A stretch of 64,000 nt of DNA from Psammoneis japonica (lineage: Eukaryota). The stretch covers positions 620,001 to 684,000 of the forward strand of contig QPGO01000020.1 in assembly GCA_008632985.1 (NCBI GenBank). Reading direction: 5' to 3'. Below are positions 12,133 through 25,351 of this stretch, piece by piece. Below the pieces are notes generated by a model, which was given only the letters and a program-made list of their open reading frames with translations, was not told the origin of the DNA and made no database searches. The translations under genes and the position numbers were made by a program. Every line of letters starts with the position of its first letter. Within the stretch, counting starts at the first letter, position 1.

Positions 12133-14012
12133 ATGAAGCTCTCGTTTGCAACGCGTGTGTTGCTCCTAACCTTGAGCGTGTCCTGCGTGGCGTCGGCCTT
12201 TACAAGTCCCAGTATCGCCAAGACGGCGACTGAGACAGCTCGATTTGCCTTGCCCGACGACTTGTCTAACGAACTGTCGAATCTCGTGAAACCCGAGGAC
12301 TTGAGTTACACCAAACAAGTTGTGGCAGACGCTGCTTCCAAGGTCAAGGTGGATGTGGGTTCAGCCTTGTCGCCGGAAGCCAGCGAAAGGCTTGGTATCT
12401 TGGGGCAAAACTTTAACAAGATGCTTTCAGGATGGAACCCGAACAACTTGAACAATGTGGCTTCCGAGACGGCATCGCAATTGCAGGTTGACACGTATGG
12501 ACCTTGGTATGTTGCTGTAGGCTGTCTTTTTCTAGCTGCTTCTCAGCGAGAAGCTGGACGAGAAGAGGCGAGGCAAGACATGATTGACAAAATTGTCAAG
12601 GGGGAACTCGATGTAGAAGAGGTGAGTTGTATCAGTTTGTATTTTATTTGCTTTTTTATTATTTGACGTACACTCCTAGAAAAATACCGGTATTGAGTAT
12701 GTTGTGCAGCGTACCCACCTTTGGCCATACTCATTCGAATACATTTCCTCTTGTTCTCAATGTTCTCCCTACTCTCTAGATGGTCGCAAGGATCAAGGAA
12801 GAGCGCGAGGCAGAGGCCCGAGCCAAAGCGGAACGCGAGGCAGAAATCAAGAGACGTGAAGAAGAGAGAATTGCCAAGCGCGAGGCTGAACAGCAACGGG
12901 TATTGGAAGAAAAGCAAGCCCGAGCCGATGCCTTGGCGGCCAAACGAGCCGAACAAAAGGCCAAGGCGGACGAAAAGAAACGAATTGCCGCCGAAGCATT
13001 GGCCAAGAAAAAGGCAGAAATAGAAGCTATTCGTGCAGAACGACAAGCCAAACTCGAGGCGGAAGCGGCAGAACGTCGTCGAATCGCCGAGGAGAAGAAG
13101 GCGGCCATTGAGGCCAAGAAACTTGCCAAACAGGAAGAGATTCGCCAAAAGGCAGAGGAGCGTCAGCTTGCAATTGAAATGAAGCGGATCGAGGCGGAAG
13201 CCAAGAAACAGGCTCTAGCGGATGAACGTGCTGCGGCTTTGGAACTCAAACGTGCTGAAGCCGAAGCAAAGAAACAAGCCATCTTGGATGCCAAACAACA
13301 GAAACTTGAAGAGATAGAGGCGTCAAAGGAAGAAGAGCGATTGGCCGCGGAGGCAAAGAAACAAGATATGCTTGATGCGACGAAGGAAGCAAAGCGATTG
13401 ACTACCGAGGCAAAGAAAAAGGCTGCCGAGGACGCCAAGTTGGAGGTTCCAGAGAAGAAGGAAGTGACCAAGGTTGTGGCGGAAAAGAAACCAACAAAAA
13501 CGAAAAAGAAGGCTCCGGCAACAGCTAAATCAGCAACGACAACTACAGTCAAGGCGTCGCCCTTGGCTAAGGTACTTGCCAATGAACGTGGTATTGACAT
13601 AACCACAATTGTTGGGACGGGTACTGGCGGTCGTGTCCTTGCCGATGATGTAAGGAATCACCAAATGCAACCTGCTCCTGCGCCAGAAGTGGCCCCAAAT
13701 GGAGAAGTTCCATACTATGCAGCTCGGGAAACAAATGGGGACGACTGGAGCAAGCTTGCGCCATCGACATTGAAACGGAAAACGATTGCGGAATTATCGG
13801 AATATCTTTCTGCCAGGGTACGTAACTGATTGATGCATTAGTTGTGGTTGTGTTGTAGCAGTGTTACCTCAACCATTTTGGCGTTTGGTCGTTGTTTTGT
13901 TTCCTGCCTCTTCTAGGGAGCACCCGTGACGGACGAGGATGGAAAACCGTTGAAAAAGGCAGATTTGATTCTGGAGGTACTGGAACAAGCGTGGAATACT
14001 GCCTTGGTTTAG
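12133..14012 (+). CDS. Plastid-targeted coiled-coil protein with an E3-binding (PSBD)-like and a C-terminal SAP/Rho-N-like motif; exons 12133-12621, 12780-13817, 13917-14012
   Basis: Signal peptide + ASAF; canonical GT..AG introns join in frame; long E/A/K/R coiled coil; VKASPLAKVLANERGIDITTIVGTGTGGRVLADDV; TLKRKTIAELSEYLSARG..GKPLKKADLI. Confidence 0.8.
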
Positions 14013-17000
14013 TCAGTCGAGATACTTGAGGGTTGAATGAATACCAGGGTAGGTGGCAATCGATCACTTTTTGTGTTTCTTATATTGTTTGGTGATCAGA
14101 TGATTGCACGAGGATCGTGACTGGTTGTCCCCCGATCTGGCGGCGTTGCGGGGCGGGGGCATAGCAGCACTAAAATAATTGACGTTTGCTTCTTCTGGGT
14201 TTCCCCCCGATCATGGGAGTGAGGTGCAAAAAGTGGAAGCACCTCATGGAGGGGCGAGTCTATGGATCGTTACTTTTTCTGATTGTTCAATTGCTGAACC
14301 AAGAATAAGTAGACTTGTCTCTTTCATTCGATGATAGGCCTTGTCAGAAATGTGGTTAAACAAGTCGCTACCAGGAGTTTGTGTGTTCTAGCTTGCTACT
14401 GTGACCCACAAGTACTGTAGTTCTCTACTGATGGGAGTTATTGGGTCATCGCATTTGACTCGGCGTGGTTCAGTTTTAGAAGAATCAACTAGGGATAAGG
14501 ACAAGAGATTCAAAATGGATTAGACCAATCTAGTTGGTCTAGCCACCTGGTTAGACGGTACGAATTGTTCTGGCCATATGGTAACAGTAAGGTAGCTTTT
14601 CTGCATTGGTTTAGAGTCCCTCGCACACTTATTTCACCCTACTTCGAAAACATATGAGCGTCAAATCTATCGCGAGCGTCATATCATTGTGATAACTTTC
14701 GTTCTTCGATTGCGATGCGCTTGTGTGTGTATGTGTTTGGTCCAGGTCGCGCATGGCCGTCGTCAGATCTTTGCGGACGCATGTCAGACGTAGATTCTTA
14801 ACACATCAAAAATGCCGGCATGATGTGCAGTGTCTAAAAAGATGATGCTACGATCTTTGTTTTTGCCGCTTGCTGAATTCTGCACCACTCCATCTCCACC
14901 CGGCACATGTGTGGTCCATGTCTGGGCTGATCACTTTGGATTAAGCCACCATGTGTGGTCTTGGCTGGAGTTTGAAGGAAACGGCAGTGACAGAGAGCAG
15001 CGCGACACAGCCAGTGAGAGTGGCAAGCACTGGGATCCTCCCTGCAAACTGGCGACAGTGATGACATATGCACTGGCAAGAAAAAGTGAGAGAATTGTCC
15101 ACTCATCATGTCTGACTGTCATCCATGTGCAGTCTGACCTTGCACAGCAGTCGGTCTGCTGGCACCCTCTCCTCCTGATCCAGCACATCAGCTGGCACAA
15201 GTGCAGATCAAAAACAGGCACAATGGCAAGCAACCAACAGTCAAAGGAACATGGGTCAAACAGGATGACTCAGAAAAGAAAAACAGACAAAAAATGAAGC
15301 CAGGTGCTGCTCTTCTGCAGAAAACCCAAGCCGAGGTTCAGAGCATCAGTGACAACACGTTCCATCATCCAACACGCAAGCTCACAAAGTGGTGCAAGAG
15401 GGGTGGGGATGTGAGGCTCAATTTGTGAACAAGTGCAAGCAAAGTGCTTCAACCTTGCTCTTGTCAATCTTGCAATCTCCGCCTCCATCACTCTTCAGCA
15501 CAACCAAGAGGAGTCTTGCCAGATCTTTTCCTCCATTGAGTGTTTCATGAAGTGCTGGCGGATTTGCCAGATGCTTTCAATGTGGTCACAACATGTGAGC
15601 AAACTGTGCCTTCTGTTGTGATGGCAACAGCTCAAAGCAAGCATCCAACTGAGGTTTTTGGGCTGGCTGACACACTTTGCCATCATTCCAACCTGCAATG
15701 GGCACAGGTGCAGAGTTTGACACTGAAGGCATGAGGGACTCAACAAACACAAAGCACTGTTCAGCATCTCTGTGAAAGACAGCCCTGCACTCAGCTTGGA
15801 ATCATCTCTCAGCCTCAGCCTTGCCACTTGCTTGGGGGGGGGGGGCTGCTTTCTTGGTAGAGAAAAGATGTCATGGCTGAAAACACACCCTCTCCGCATC
15901 AGGTGTGGGGTGCCTTGGCTCTGTCATCAGACTCCTCCCAGGCATTTGCCACAACAGGACCCAAGATTCTTCTCTTTTGAGCATGTGCGTGCCCCTTGAC
16001 CAAAGCTCCAGATTTTGAACATGTGCCAGGGCAGTTTCTTGAGAGACTTTGGGCGAGCCACATGCACACACACACACGTGCCTCCATTTTGCACTTGTGC
16101 CTGCTTCTGTGGGCATCTCATTCTGCGCCCCTTGTCACATGCCGCTGGCCCACCAGCATCAGTCATCTGAGGTTTGCAGCCCAGCAGTCATGGTGCAGAC
16201 TCCAGTCATTGGGCTGGCTTGGCATGGAAGCAACAACTGGAAGGCCCTGACTGCAAACAGTGGCAAGTGCCAAAACAACGTTCTCTCACATGAAGAATGA
16301 ACAACACCAGGTGGAAACAATTGTTCACTCATCTCAAGGAAAATGACATGGCAGCAGCACAGCAGCCATCTTGGATTGGCACATGCCCCTTGTTGTTGCA
16401 GCATCATCACACTGCCCTTGTTGCAAGGGCCTTTGCAACAACTGTTGCGGACAATGTGAAAGGCTCTAAAGCAAGCACAAGAAGCACTTTGAGAGTCACT
16501 CAAGACACTGTGAACCAGCAGCATCAGCTGAGACTGTGACTGAATGGAAGCAACAAGAGGCTGAGCACTGAGCTCTTGTCTTGACTTGCCTTGAACCCCT
16601 CATGCTGCGATGTCTTGCAAGTGAAAAAAGCAACATTGTGAGTGACAGAGCTGAGCCAACAGCAATGCTGCACTCCTCCACCTGCCTTTGAAAACAACAT
16701 GGCGTCACAGAGCACATTGTCCCACAATCTGCCAGCAGAGCAGCAGCAGGACAAGCAGGTGGCACTGCAGCCAAAACAAGATCAGCAAAAGCAGCCCACA
16801 TGTGTGCCAAACAACTCACACAAAAATGCAAGGCATGGCATGATGGGAAACTCACACTGACAAAATTGCTGTCATTCTTTTGTGTGGTGCCAGCAATGGC
16901 ACTGTGGAAGCCAAGAAGCACAGGCATTTTTCTTTTTGCAAGCTTTGCCAAATCTGCTTTCCCTCCTCTTGTTTGTGTCTTTTTGGCACTTGCAGCTCCC

Positions 17001-17714
17001 CTTGCATTCTTCAACAAATTGAGGCAAGAGAAACATGCGCACATCATCTCCCATTGTGTGGCAAACATGTCCCACACAATGCCAACTCTTCAAGCTGTTC
17101 TTCCTCAAGAGCTCTGTTGAGCTTCCTGGCATTCCTCAAAACAAAGCCCATTGTTGCCTGTTTGACCATCATGCTCCAAGATTCTTCCCATCCTTTTTGT
17201 GCTTTTTGGAAAATCATGGCAGCTCTTACATTCCTCAAGCCATTGAACAAGGAGTTGGTGATGAATCATTTCCCACTCAGAGCCAAAATGACAAACACAC
17301 CCAAAGCTGTTGTTCTTTGATTCATGACATTGCTGCTCTTCATTTCAAGTGGTGTTGAATCTGGGAGCTTGGATGACTCAAGCACCTGGGAAGGGGGTTC
17401 TGTCTCTTGCAAAGGTCTTTCAAAACTGGCACTCTTGCCAGTCACAAACAAGGCATCCTTGTGCAACTTGGGGCCAATTTGACCATTGCATCAAAGGTTC
17501 ACCATGCAAGAGAATCATGGCCACCCTCATCATCTTGCATGCACACCCAAGATGATGTTTGCTGCTGGGAGCCTTCCAGCCAATGCACCCAATCATTTGG
17601 CTTGCATCAGTGGCAGAACTTTGAACAGGATCTGCCATTGCTCCAATCTCTGCTGTGCCATGTTCACACTGGTTGCCAAAACTCTGCAGCTCTGGCATCA
17701 ACAAATTTGCTTGC

Positions 17715-20120
17715 AAGAACATTGTTGCCCAGACTGGAGTGTTTCAGACAAGCCAAAAATGTTTTTTGTCTGGACAAGAATTTTCTTGCCCAAACAAGAG
17801 TGTCCCCCAGACCATGTTCTTGCCCAAAAAAGAACACTCTTGCTGGAATGTTCCAGGCAAGCCAAATGGAGATGGTTGGCAAGCAATGAAAATTCTTTGC
17901 AGAAATGAAAATTTGCAGTGCCGACCAGGCACAAACATCTGTCTGATGACAGTTTGTCATTGCAAGCTGAGACAATTGTGCTCTGCCAGAAATTTCAGCA
18001 GTGCATCAATGCAAAAAAGTTGCTCTCTTGCCGCTGCTTCAATGTGGTCTCTCCTTGTGCTGCAGAGTCATTGACTTTGACAACAAAGCTCCAGAGCCTC
18101 ATCACATGGCTCATGCATCAAACTCCAGCACCACTTCTGTTGCTGCTGAAGCTTCTCCTGTGGAGGGAAGGCTTGCACTTGCTCGACACCAAGAGCAAAA
18201 TCACATCAAGCAAGCTTGAGGCCACTGGCAAGAGTGACACAAGCAAGGAGGTCATGCCATCCCCAGAAGACAAATGCCAGAGGGCTTGTGAGTGTGCGGA
18301 CCATGGCAAGAAGAAAACTTGTCTGGAAGACTGGAAAAGGCCCTCTGAGATGACAGGTGGTGAGCATCTGCTGTGCAATGATCCAGACCAGCTAAAAATG
18401 TTCTGGGCCATTCTTGCCCCTGCTGGACAAGAGTGCCCCAGATGAGCAAAGAATGTTCTTGCCCAATCAAGAACATTCTTGCCCAAACAAGAATGTCCCA
18501 GACGGCCAAAAATGTTCTTGTCTGGACAAGAATGTTCTTGCCTGGGCAAGAGTTTTCCAGACCAGGACAAGAACATTCCTGCCCAGATGAGAATGTTGTT
18601 GCCCCCAGACTGGAGTGCTCCAGACAAGCCAAAAATGTTTTGGTCTGGACAAGAATTTTCTTGCCCAAACAAGAGTGTCCCAGACCAGCCAGGAACATGT
18701 TCTTGCCCAGACAAAAACATCCTCACCCAGACAAAAACACTCTTGCCCAGACAAGAATGTTGTTGCCCAGGATGGGATGTTCTGGGCAGCCCAAATGTGT
18801 TTTTGTTTGGATGCAAATTTTCTTGCCCAGACAAGAATGTCCCAGACCAGCCAAAAAAAATGTCTGGACAAAAGCGTTCTTGCCTGGACAAGGAGAGTGT
18901 TCCAGACCAGGACAAGAACATTGTTGCCCAGACAAGAATGTTGTTGCCCAAACTGGAGTGTTCCAGAAAAGCCAAAAATGTTTTTGTGTGGACAAGAGTG
19001 TTGTTGCCCAGACAAGAGCGTCCCAGAAAAGCCAAAACTGTTTTTGTGTGGACAAGAACACCCTTGCCCAGACAAGAATGCTCTTGCCCAGACAAGAGCA
19101 TCCTTGCCCAAGCTGGAATGTTCCAGGCTGGCCAAGTGTGTTTTTGTCTGGACACAAATTTTCTTGCCCAGACAAAAGAGCACTCTTGCCTGGACAAGAG
19201 CATTGTTGCCCAGACAGGAGTGCTCCAGACCAGCCAAAAATGTTCTGGGCCATTCTTGCCCACCAGACAAGATTGCCGGCCTGTTCCAGCTCCAGGTGCT
19301 CCGCGTGGGTTCGATTCCCATCATTTGGAATTTTTTTTTTTTTTGCAGGTGCAGCGCAAATAACTTTTTCAAAATCCGTTTTTTGCCAAATCGAAGGGTA
19401 AGTGTACACTTTACATTTATTTTTGGGTGTGCACTCACCTTTCGATTTTCAAAATGATCAAAATTGAAGGAGTTAATTGCGCCAAACTGCGCAGAAAATC
19501 GGCCTCTCTCGTGATGAAAAGCAGATCACCTGGAGCTGGAACAGGCCTGCCCCAGATCAGCAAAGATTGTTCTTGCCCAGGCCAGAATGTCCCAGACCAG
19601 CCAAAAATGTTCTTGTCTGGACAAAAATGTTCTTGCCTGGACAAGAGTGTTCCAGACCAAGACAAGAACATTCTTGCCCAGACAAGAATGCTGCTCCCCA
19701 GACTGGAGTGTTCCAGACAAGCGCCAAAGATGTTTTTGCCTGGAGACAAGAATTTTCTTGCCAAGACAAGATTGTCCCAGACTGGCCAGGAATGTTGGTG
19801 CCCAGACAAGAACATTCTTGCCCAGACAAGAGTGCTGTTGTCCAGGCTGGAATGTTCCAAGCAAGCCAGCTGCATTTTGTCTTGACTCGAATGTTTTTGC
19901 CCAGACAAGAATGCTCTTGCCTGGACAAGAGCATTGTTGCCCCTGCAAGAATGTTCCAAACCAGCCAAAAATGTTCTGGGCTGTTCTTGCCCACCATGCA
20001 AGAGTGCCCCAGAACAGCAAAGAATGTTCTTGCCCAGACAAGAGTGTCCCAGAACAGCCAAAAATGTTCTTGCCTGGACAAGAGTGTTCCAGGCCAGGGC
20101 AAGAACATTCTTGCCCAGAA
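17715..20120. repeat. Degenerate tandem satellite of ~19-22-bp quasi-palindromic units (TCTTGCC[CA/TG]GACAAGA..) with higher-order blocks, interrupted at ~17870-18380 and by a MITE
   Basis: Dozens of copies of cttgcccagacaagaatg / cttgcctggacaagag / cttgtctggacaagaa and ccagaccagccaaaaatgtt. Confidence 0.9.
19278..19547. mobile_element. MITE family A, copy 1 (270 bp; 21-bp TIR GGCCTGTTCCAGCTCCAGGTG; TSD TGCC)
   Basis: Perfect TIRs, 4-bp direct repeat at 19274-19277 and 19548-19551, near-identical copy at 41604-41864. Confidence 0.9.
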
Positions 20121-23100
20121 AAAAGAGCCTGCTGAGGCTGCCACTGCAACAGCAAAAATGCAGCAAATGCTGTCCCCGTGTGATCTCAAAGTCTCAAGAA
20201 CTCCTGGTGGCTGTTGTGTCCCACATGGAAGCCTGTGCAGCCAAGCCAGCTCACAGGTGATGCACAAAATGACATTCCCTTTTGAACACTGTTCATCAAA
20301 AATGCTCACATGTTCTGGCTTTTGTCTTTGATTCAAGCAGGGACATTTGAACATTTTTTTCATGGGGGCTCAAGTCTTCATGGAATGTGCGCCACAATTT
20401 TTTTTCTGCAAAAACAATGCTGACTGCACGTCATTGCTTGCTCATGATGTTGCAGAGAATTTTGTGCAAGCAGACTGCTGCTGCCAAGTGCACGCAGAAG
20501 CAAATGTGTCATTTCACCTGCAAACAGTGACAGTGTGCACGTCTTCAAAAATTTTGGTGAAAATCATCCATTGTGTTGCAACTCATTTGTCACAATGAAG
20601 GGACATTGATTGCACAAAAACAACGATGTTGCAACACTGATGTGAGTCTTGTCACAGGGTTGCAAAACAACAAAGTTTGGACAAATTTGTGCTTTTGGCA
20701 GCAAAAACTCATTCACATGTCAGAGACCATGTGAAGGCTGACAGCATCTGTTTTGGGGATGAGGAGGAGCCTCCACAGCAGCCAGAGCTTTGTGCCAACA
20801 ACATCAGCAGCCAGCTGTGCAGCACCCACTGCTGAAGTGCAAGAGATGTGCAATGGCTCATTTGCTTCTGAGCCAAAAAATGAGGCAATCTGCTTTGCAG
20901 CAAACTGGCAAGACATGGTCTGCGAGATCTGAGCCTTTGGCTTTCAACTTTGACGAGCCCAACTTGAAAGGGGAAAATGGCAGTTGTCAGCCTGTTCCTC
21001 CAACCTGATGTCTGAGCTTCTGCAGCAAGCAGAGTGACGGACAACAATCACAAAGAGGCGGCAGAAGCCAGCACTTGCATGTTTCATTTTTACAACCACA
21101 CATGAAAGTTGCAAATGCGTTGTGCAATTTGCAGAATTCTGCAATGATGAAAACCTCGGGTGATGACAATGTCATTTGCAGTTTTCAGGAAAGGATGAAT
21201 CTGAGTGCATGCTGAATGATGTTGACTTCGCGCAAGCAAATTCACACGATTGGAATTCACAGCCCATTTGACAACCACACAACAGTGCATGTCTCAGCTC
21301 TCAGTGCAGATGCTGTCATGTCCAGCATGACAGGTTTTGGCGTTGTTTCAATGACAGAGCAGTGTCATCATGGCCTTGCTGTTTCATCCTTGGTGTGGCA
21401 TTGTTGCAGAGCAGAAGTGGTGGCAGTTCTGCAGCAAGCACAGATGCCTTCTCTGCCTTTGCCAACAGCTTTGAAGAAGAAGAAGAAGAAGAAGAACCAA
21501 ATGGAGCAATGTTTGGTCAAGGGGAAAAAGAAGAGGTGTCATGGCAAGCAAGTTTGGGTGATCTCTTGAGCACAAATGAAGAAATTCGTGACAGCACACA
21601 AGCTGCACTCCAAGATGGAAACACAGGCATTGCATTCTTGCTGCTGTGGTGCGCTGCAAGGTTTGGTGGGTCCAGCTTGCAAAGTGGCACAAGAGGGAGA
21701 GGGCTGTGAGATTCAGGAATGTGAAGGACAGGTGGCGACCTTGACAAACATGGCAAAGGTGGGTGAGCCTTGCTTGGCAGATGATTGGCAAGTGGAGCAG
21801 CCGCCTTCAATGTGCTTGCTGCCTGTCTGTTTGGAGCCAATGGCGAGGGCAAGAACATGGCCATGCTGACACTGGTTGCCACAACATCACTGGGTGAAAT
21901 GCAAGAAGATGCCAATGGCTTTTTATGAAAAGGGCGCTGTCAAGATTGTCGATGCACCCCCAGCCAGACTGGCTGCAGTGCAATTCGCGGGATTTGTCAC
22001 CAAGAGTGAAGAGTGCCATCAAAAAGATGCACTCCTTTCATGACTGGAGTTGAGTGGCATGGAGATTGACATCTCACATGAAGCTGTTGTGCCACATGTT
22101 GTGTTTCAGTGCAATTTGCCCTGTGCCATTCCAGCTTCAAATTGTTTGGCACAACAAAATTGCACTGCCCACACGAAGTGATGGAGATGAGTCTGCCAAC
22201 CTGAGAACAGAATGGGAAGCTGCAGATGGCAATGAAGATGCTGCCACTCCTGACATGGAGGCTGCAGGCCATGTGAAATTGTCCAGCAATGTGGATGTGC
22301 GGAGTGGACTGGGAAGACAAGCAATCCAATTTGTCAGCTCCTTTGGGCTTTGGGACAGCTGAAGAATTGTTGATGTCAGCATCACAAATGGAGAGAGTGC
22401 GAGTGGCATCAGTCCAATCTAGAGCCATCCATCCCCTGCCAGAGACAGATCAACATTTCCCATCATTGTGCAGATGTGCCATCCAATGGTCTTGATGAGA
22501 CTTGAGCATCTGTGAAGAAAGGATTCTGCTCTTGCAGCGTGCCCCCTGCCAAGCTGCTGTGCTGCTCCTTTTGCCCCCTGAAGCTCCTTGTCAATGACAG
22601 ATTGAGCAAGTGACACCTGGAAACATCATCACTTCCATCATTGTCCCCCATGACTTTCTTGACCAACTCCATGGAACTTGACAGACAGGCAGTTGAGAAG
22701 AGCAGCTTTCAATCTTTGCCATTGCAAGACTTTGAACCCACCTTCAACCAATTGGTGCAACTGCAATTTAAGACACTGGATTCAATCATCTCAGTTGCAG
22801 CACAATCAACCTCAATCATTGCCATTGAAAGACTTTTGGCCCACCTTCAACCAATCAGTGCAACTGCTGCTGTTGAGAACACTGGCTTTTGTCAACTGAG
22901 TTGTGGCACAATCAACCTCCTGGGAATGAAAAAAAGCAGTTTTCAGTGCAGAGTCAATGACTTCCTTTGACTCGAGGCAGAGAAACTTCAAACAAAGCAA
23001 AAGCATCACAGCTCAGAACCTCCCACTCCCTTTTTCTGCCAAAACAATGGCCAAGTTGTGAAAACCAGCCTCCATGCACAGTGCTTCACAGTCAGTTGCT

Positions 23101-25301
23101 CCATTCTTTGTGCTGTGCATTCCATTGTTGTTTGCTTCCAGAAACAAGCCTCCCATCATTTGCCATGGTGGTGGTCAGGAGAACAATGGATGTGGTTGCA
23201 TCATGTGCAGGCGTGTCTTCCAACATCATGCTGTGTTTGCACTGTTTGGCCTCTTCGAGATGTTTTGTTGTTCAACAAATGAGACACAATTGACACACTC
23301 TTTTTTGACCACACAGATGAGACATAAAATGTGAGCACTTCATTGCCTCTTAGAGAACATTTTCATGCCCCACTTGCATTTCCGCGGAAGCATGACACAT
23401 GGACATTGATTGTGACACAGACCAAAGGAGCCGGTTTCCAGGTTGTTTTGCAAAAACTGGCAAACTGCGCCCACACCCTGCTTGTGCCACAAGGGCAGGA
23501 GTGGTGTTTTGGCCCATTGCTTGTGAAAAACTGTTTGACAGTGACAAGCTTTTTGCAAGTCTCTGCTGTCACACAGAGGTGACTTGTGAAGGTGGGCGGT
23601 GTTTTGGTTGACAAAAAATTGGATTTGTCTTGTTGATGCTGCACTCTTGCTTGCTCTTCATGTGCCATGTGAGTGGCAAAGCATTGGACAGATTGGATGG
23701 AGCAATCTTTGTTGCCATTGGCACTGAAACACATGGCAGCTGTGTTCCTCATGCTTTGTGCAGATGGGATGCATGGTGCATTGGGCACAGCATGAGCAGG
23801 CTCAGGAAAACTCTCATGTTTCTGGTGCCAGTTCTTGAAAAGCCATTTTGCTGGAGATGTGCCACTCTGCTTGACGGGGCCAGTGCTCATGTTTTCAGTG
23901 CAACTTGCAAGCTTGCAGCTTGCATCTTTCAAGCATTGAACAAAAAGATGGGAAAAAACCATGCTTTGCAGGGTGGACTGGCAGTGGGCGGCAAAAAGGA
24001 GCATCACATGTTGAGCAACAGGACGTTGGATCCAACATGCTGATGGCTGCACAATGATGGCTGTTGCAGCACTTTGACAACTCCCACTTGCAAACACAAC
24101 TGCAAGACCACCACGCAGGATGCTGCCATCTTGATGGGAGGCGCCATCATTTTGGAACATTGCTGGCCCCACTTCTGCTGTCCAGAGTGTGCCAAAGCTG
24201 CCTGAAGTGATTGTGAGCAAGAGAAGCTCATCCATGAAGAGACTTGCCAAGCTCTCTTGGTGGCACGGTGGCCATCATTGAGATGGGCAGCACCTCTGAG
24301 GTGGAAGTCAAGGAAAAGAACAAGAGCAATGTTGACACAGATGCATTGAATGTCACCCATGCAACTTCATCCTGGCTTTGGTGGAATGCTGTGTGGATGA
24401 TGCACATTTGTTGTGAATTCGACTGGGAAAGTCACTCCTTTGGAGACTGGCATTGTTGTCCTTTTTCTGGAAAACAACATTTGGAAACTGCCACATCAGT
24501 GCACTGCAATGGCAGATTGGAAAGGCAGCTCAGTCCCAGAAAGCTTTGTTTTCAATCTCTTGCACACCCCCCACTCCATTCTGGGCGCGTGATTGATGGG
24601 CAGTCTTTCAGCCTCTGTGACTCCTGTTTCTCACTGGAACGAAGAAGAAGAGGCAGCAAGCATGAGAACAAAACTGTTGCTGCCAAATGTGCAAGTGGCA
24701 TCAACACAACAACAGCCCTGCATTTTGGATTTGCAAACACGCTCCCCTTTTGGATGTCAGTCTGAGTTGATTTGTCAATTGATTGATTTTGGATTTGCAG
24801 GTGTGGATCGCTGATGCGCCACAAGATTGCTTCTGTGCTTCAATGTGCAGAGGCACTGGTGATCTCCATTCAACCAGTTCTGAGGTGCTGCTGGCACTCC
24901 CTGGTTGGCTGCAGCTGGCTGTTCCCCAAGACATTTGGGGCATCTGTCGCACATTTGGTTTGTCGTGTGTGGCAAGAAACTCGGGTTGTGAGCTTTTTCT
25001 CTTCCCACCTGGAGGTCAAGCTGTGGCCCACAAGCCTGCGCTCATCATCCTGATCTTGCTTCCCCACAGATCTGTGTGGCACTTCAATCTCCATCCATTG
25101 CAGATGACTCATGATTCCTTGGACTGATGCCAGACAGAGGCAGCCCAAACATGAACTCACAGTTCTGCCGCGCCGTCGTGGGGTCAAGAAAACACACACA
25201 ACACAAACCACGTCATTCATTCTTGTCTCCAAAACAACCCTGACAATCCTCTGTTTCAATGAATTGTGATCAGAGTGAGCAATGTTCCGATCAGCCATCA
25301 T

Positions 25302-25351
25302 GCTCAGCGACCACACTCAGCGACCACACTCAGCGACCACGCGCTCAGCGA
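25302..25351 (+). repeat. 13-bp minisatellite (CTCAGCGACCACA) x~4
   Basis: Directly visible tandem copies. Confidence 0.8.

Noticed and set aside
19290..19330. tRNA gene (also at ~41616-41655)
   Set aside because: Only a T-arm/B-box is present; no D-arm, anticodon arm or acceptor stem can be folded, and it sits inside a MITE.
17715..20120. CRISPR-like array of short palindromic repeats
   Set aside because: Units abut one another with no unique spacers, there are no cas genes, and the context is eukaryotic; it is a satellite.
18118..20363. Long ORFs (200-381 aa) as real repeat proteins
   Set aside because: They are open in all six frames because TAA/TAG are absent from the TA-depleted satellite.
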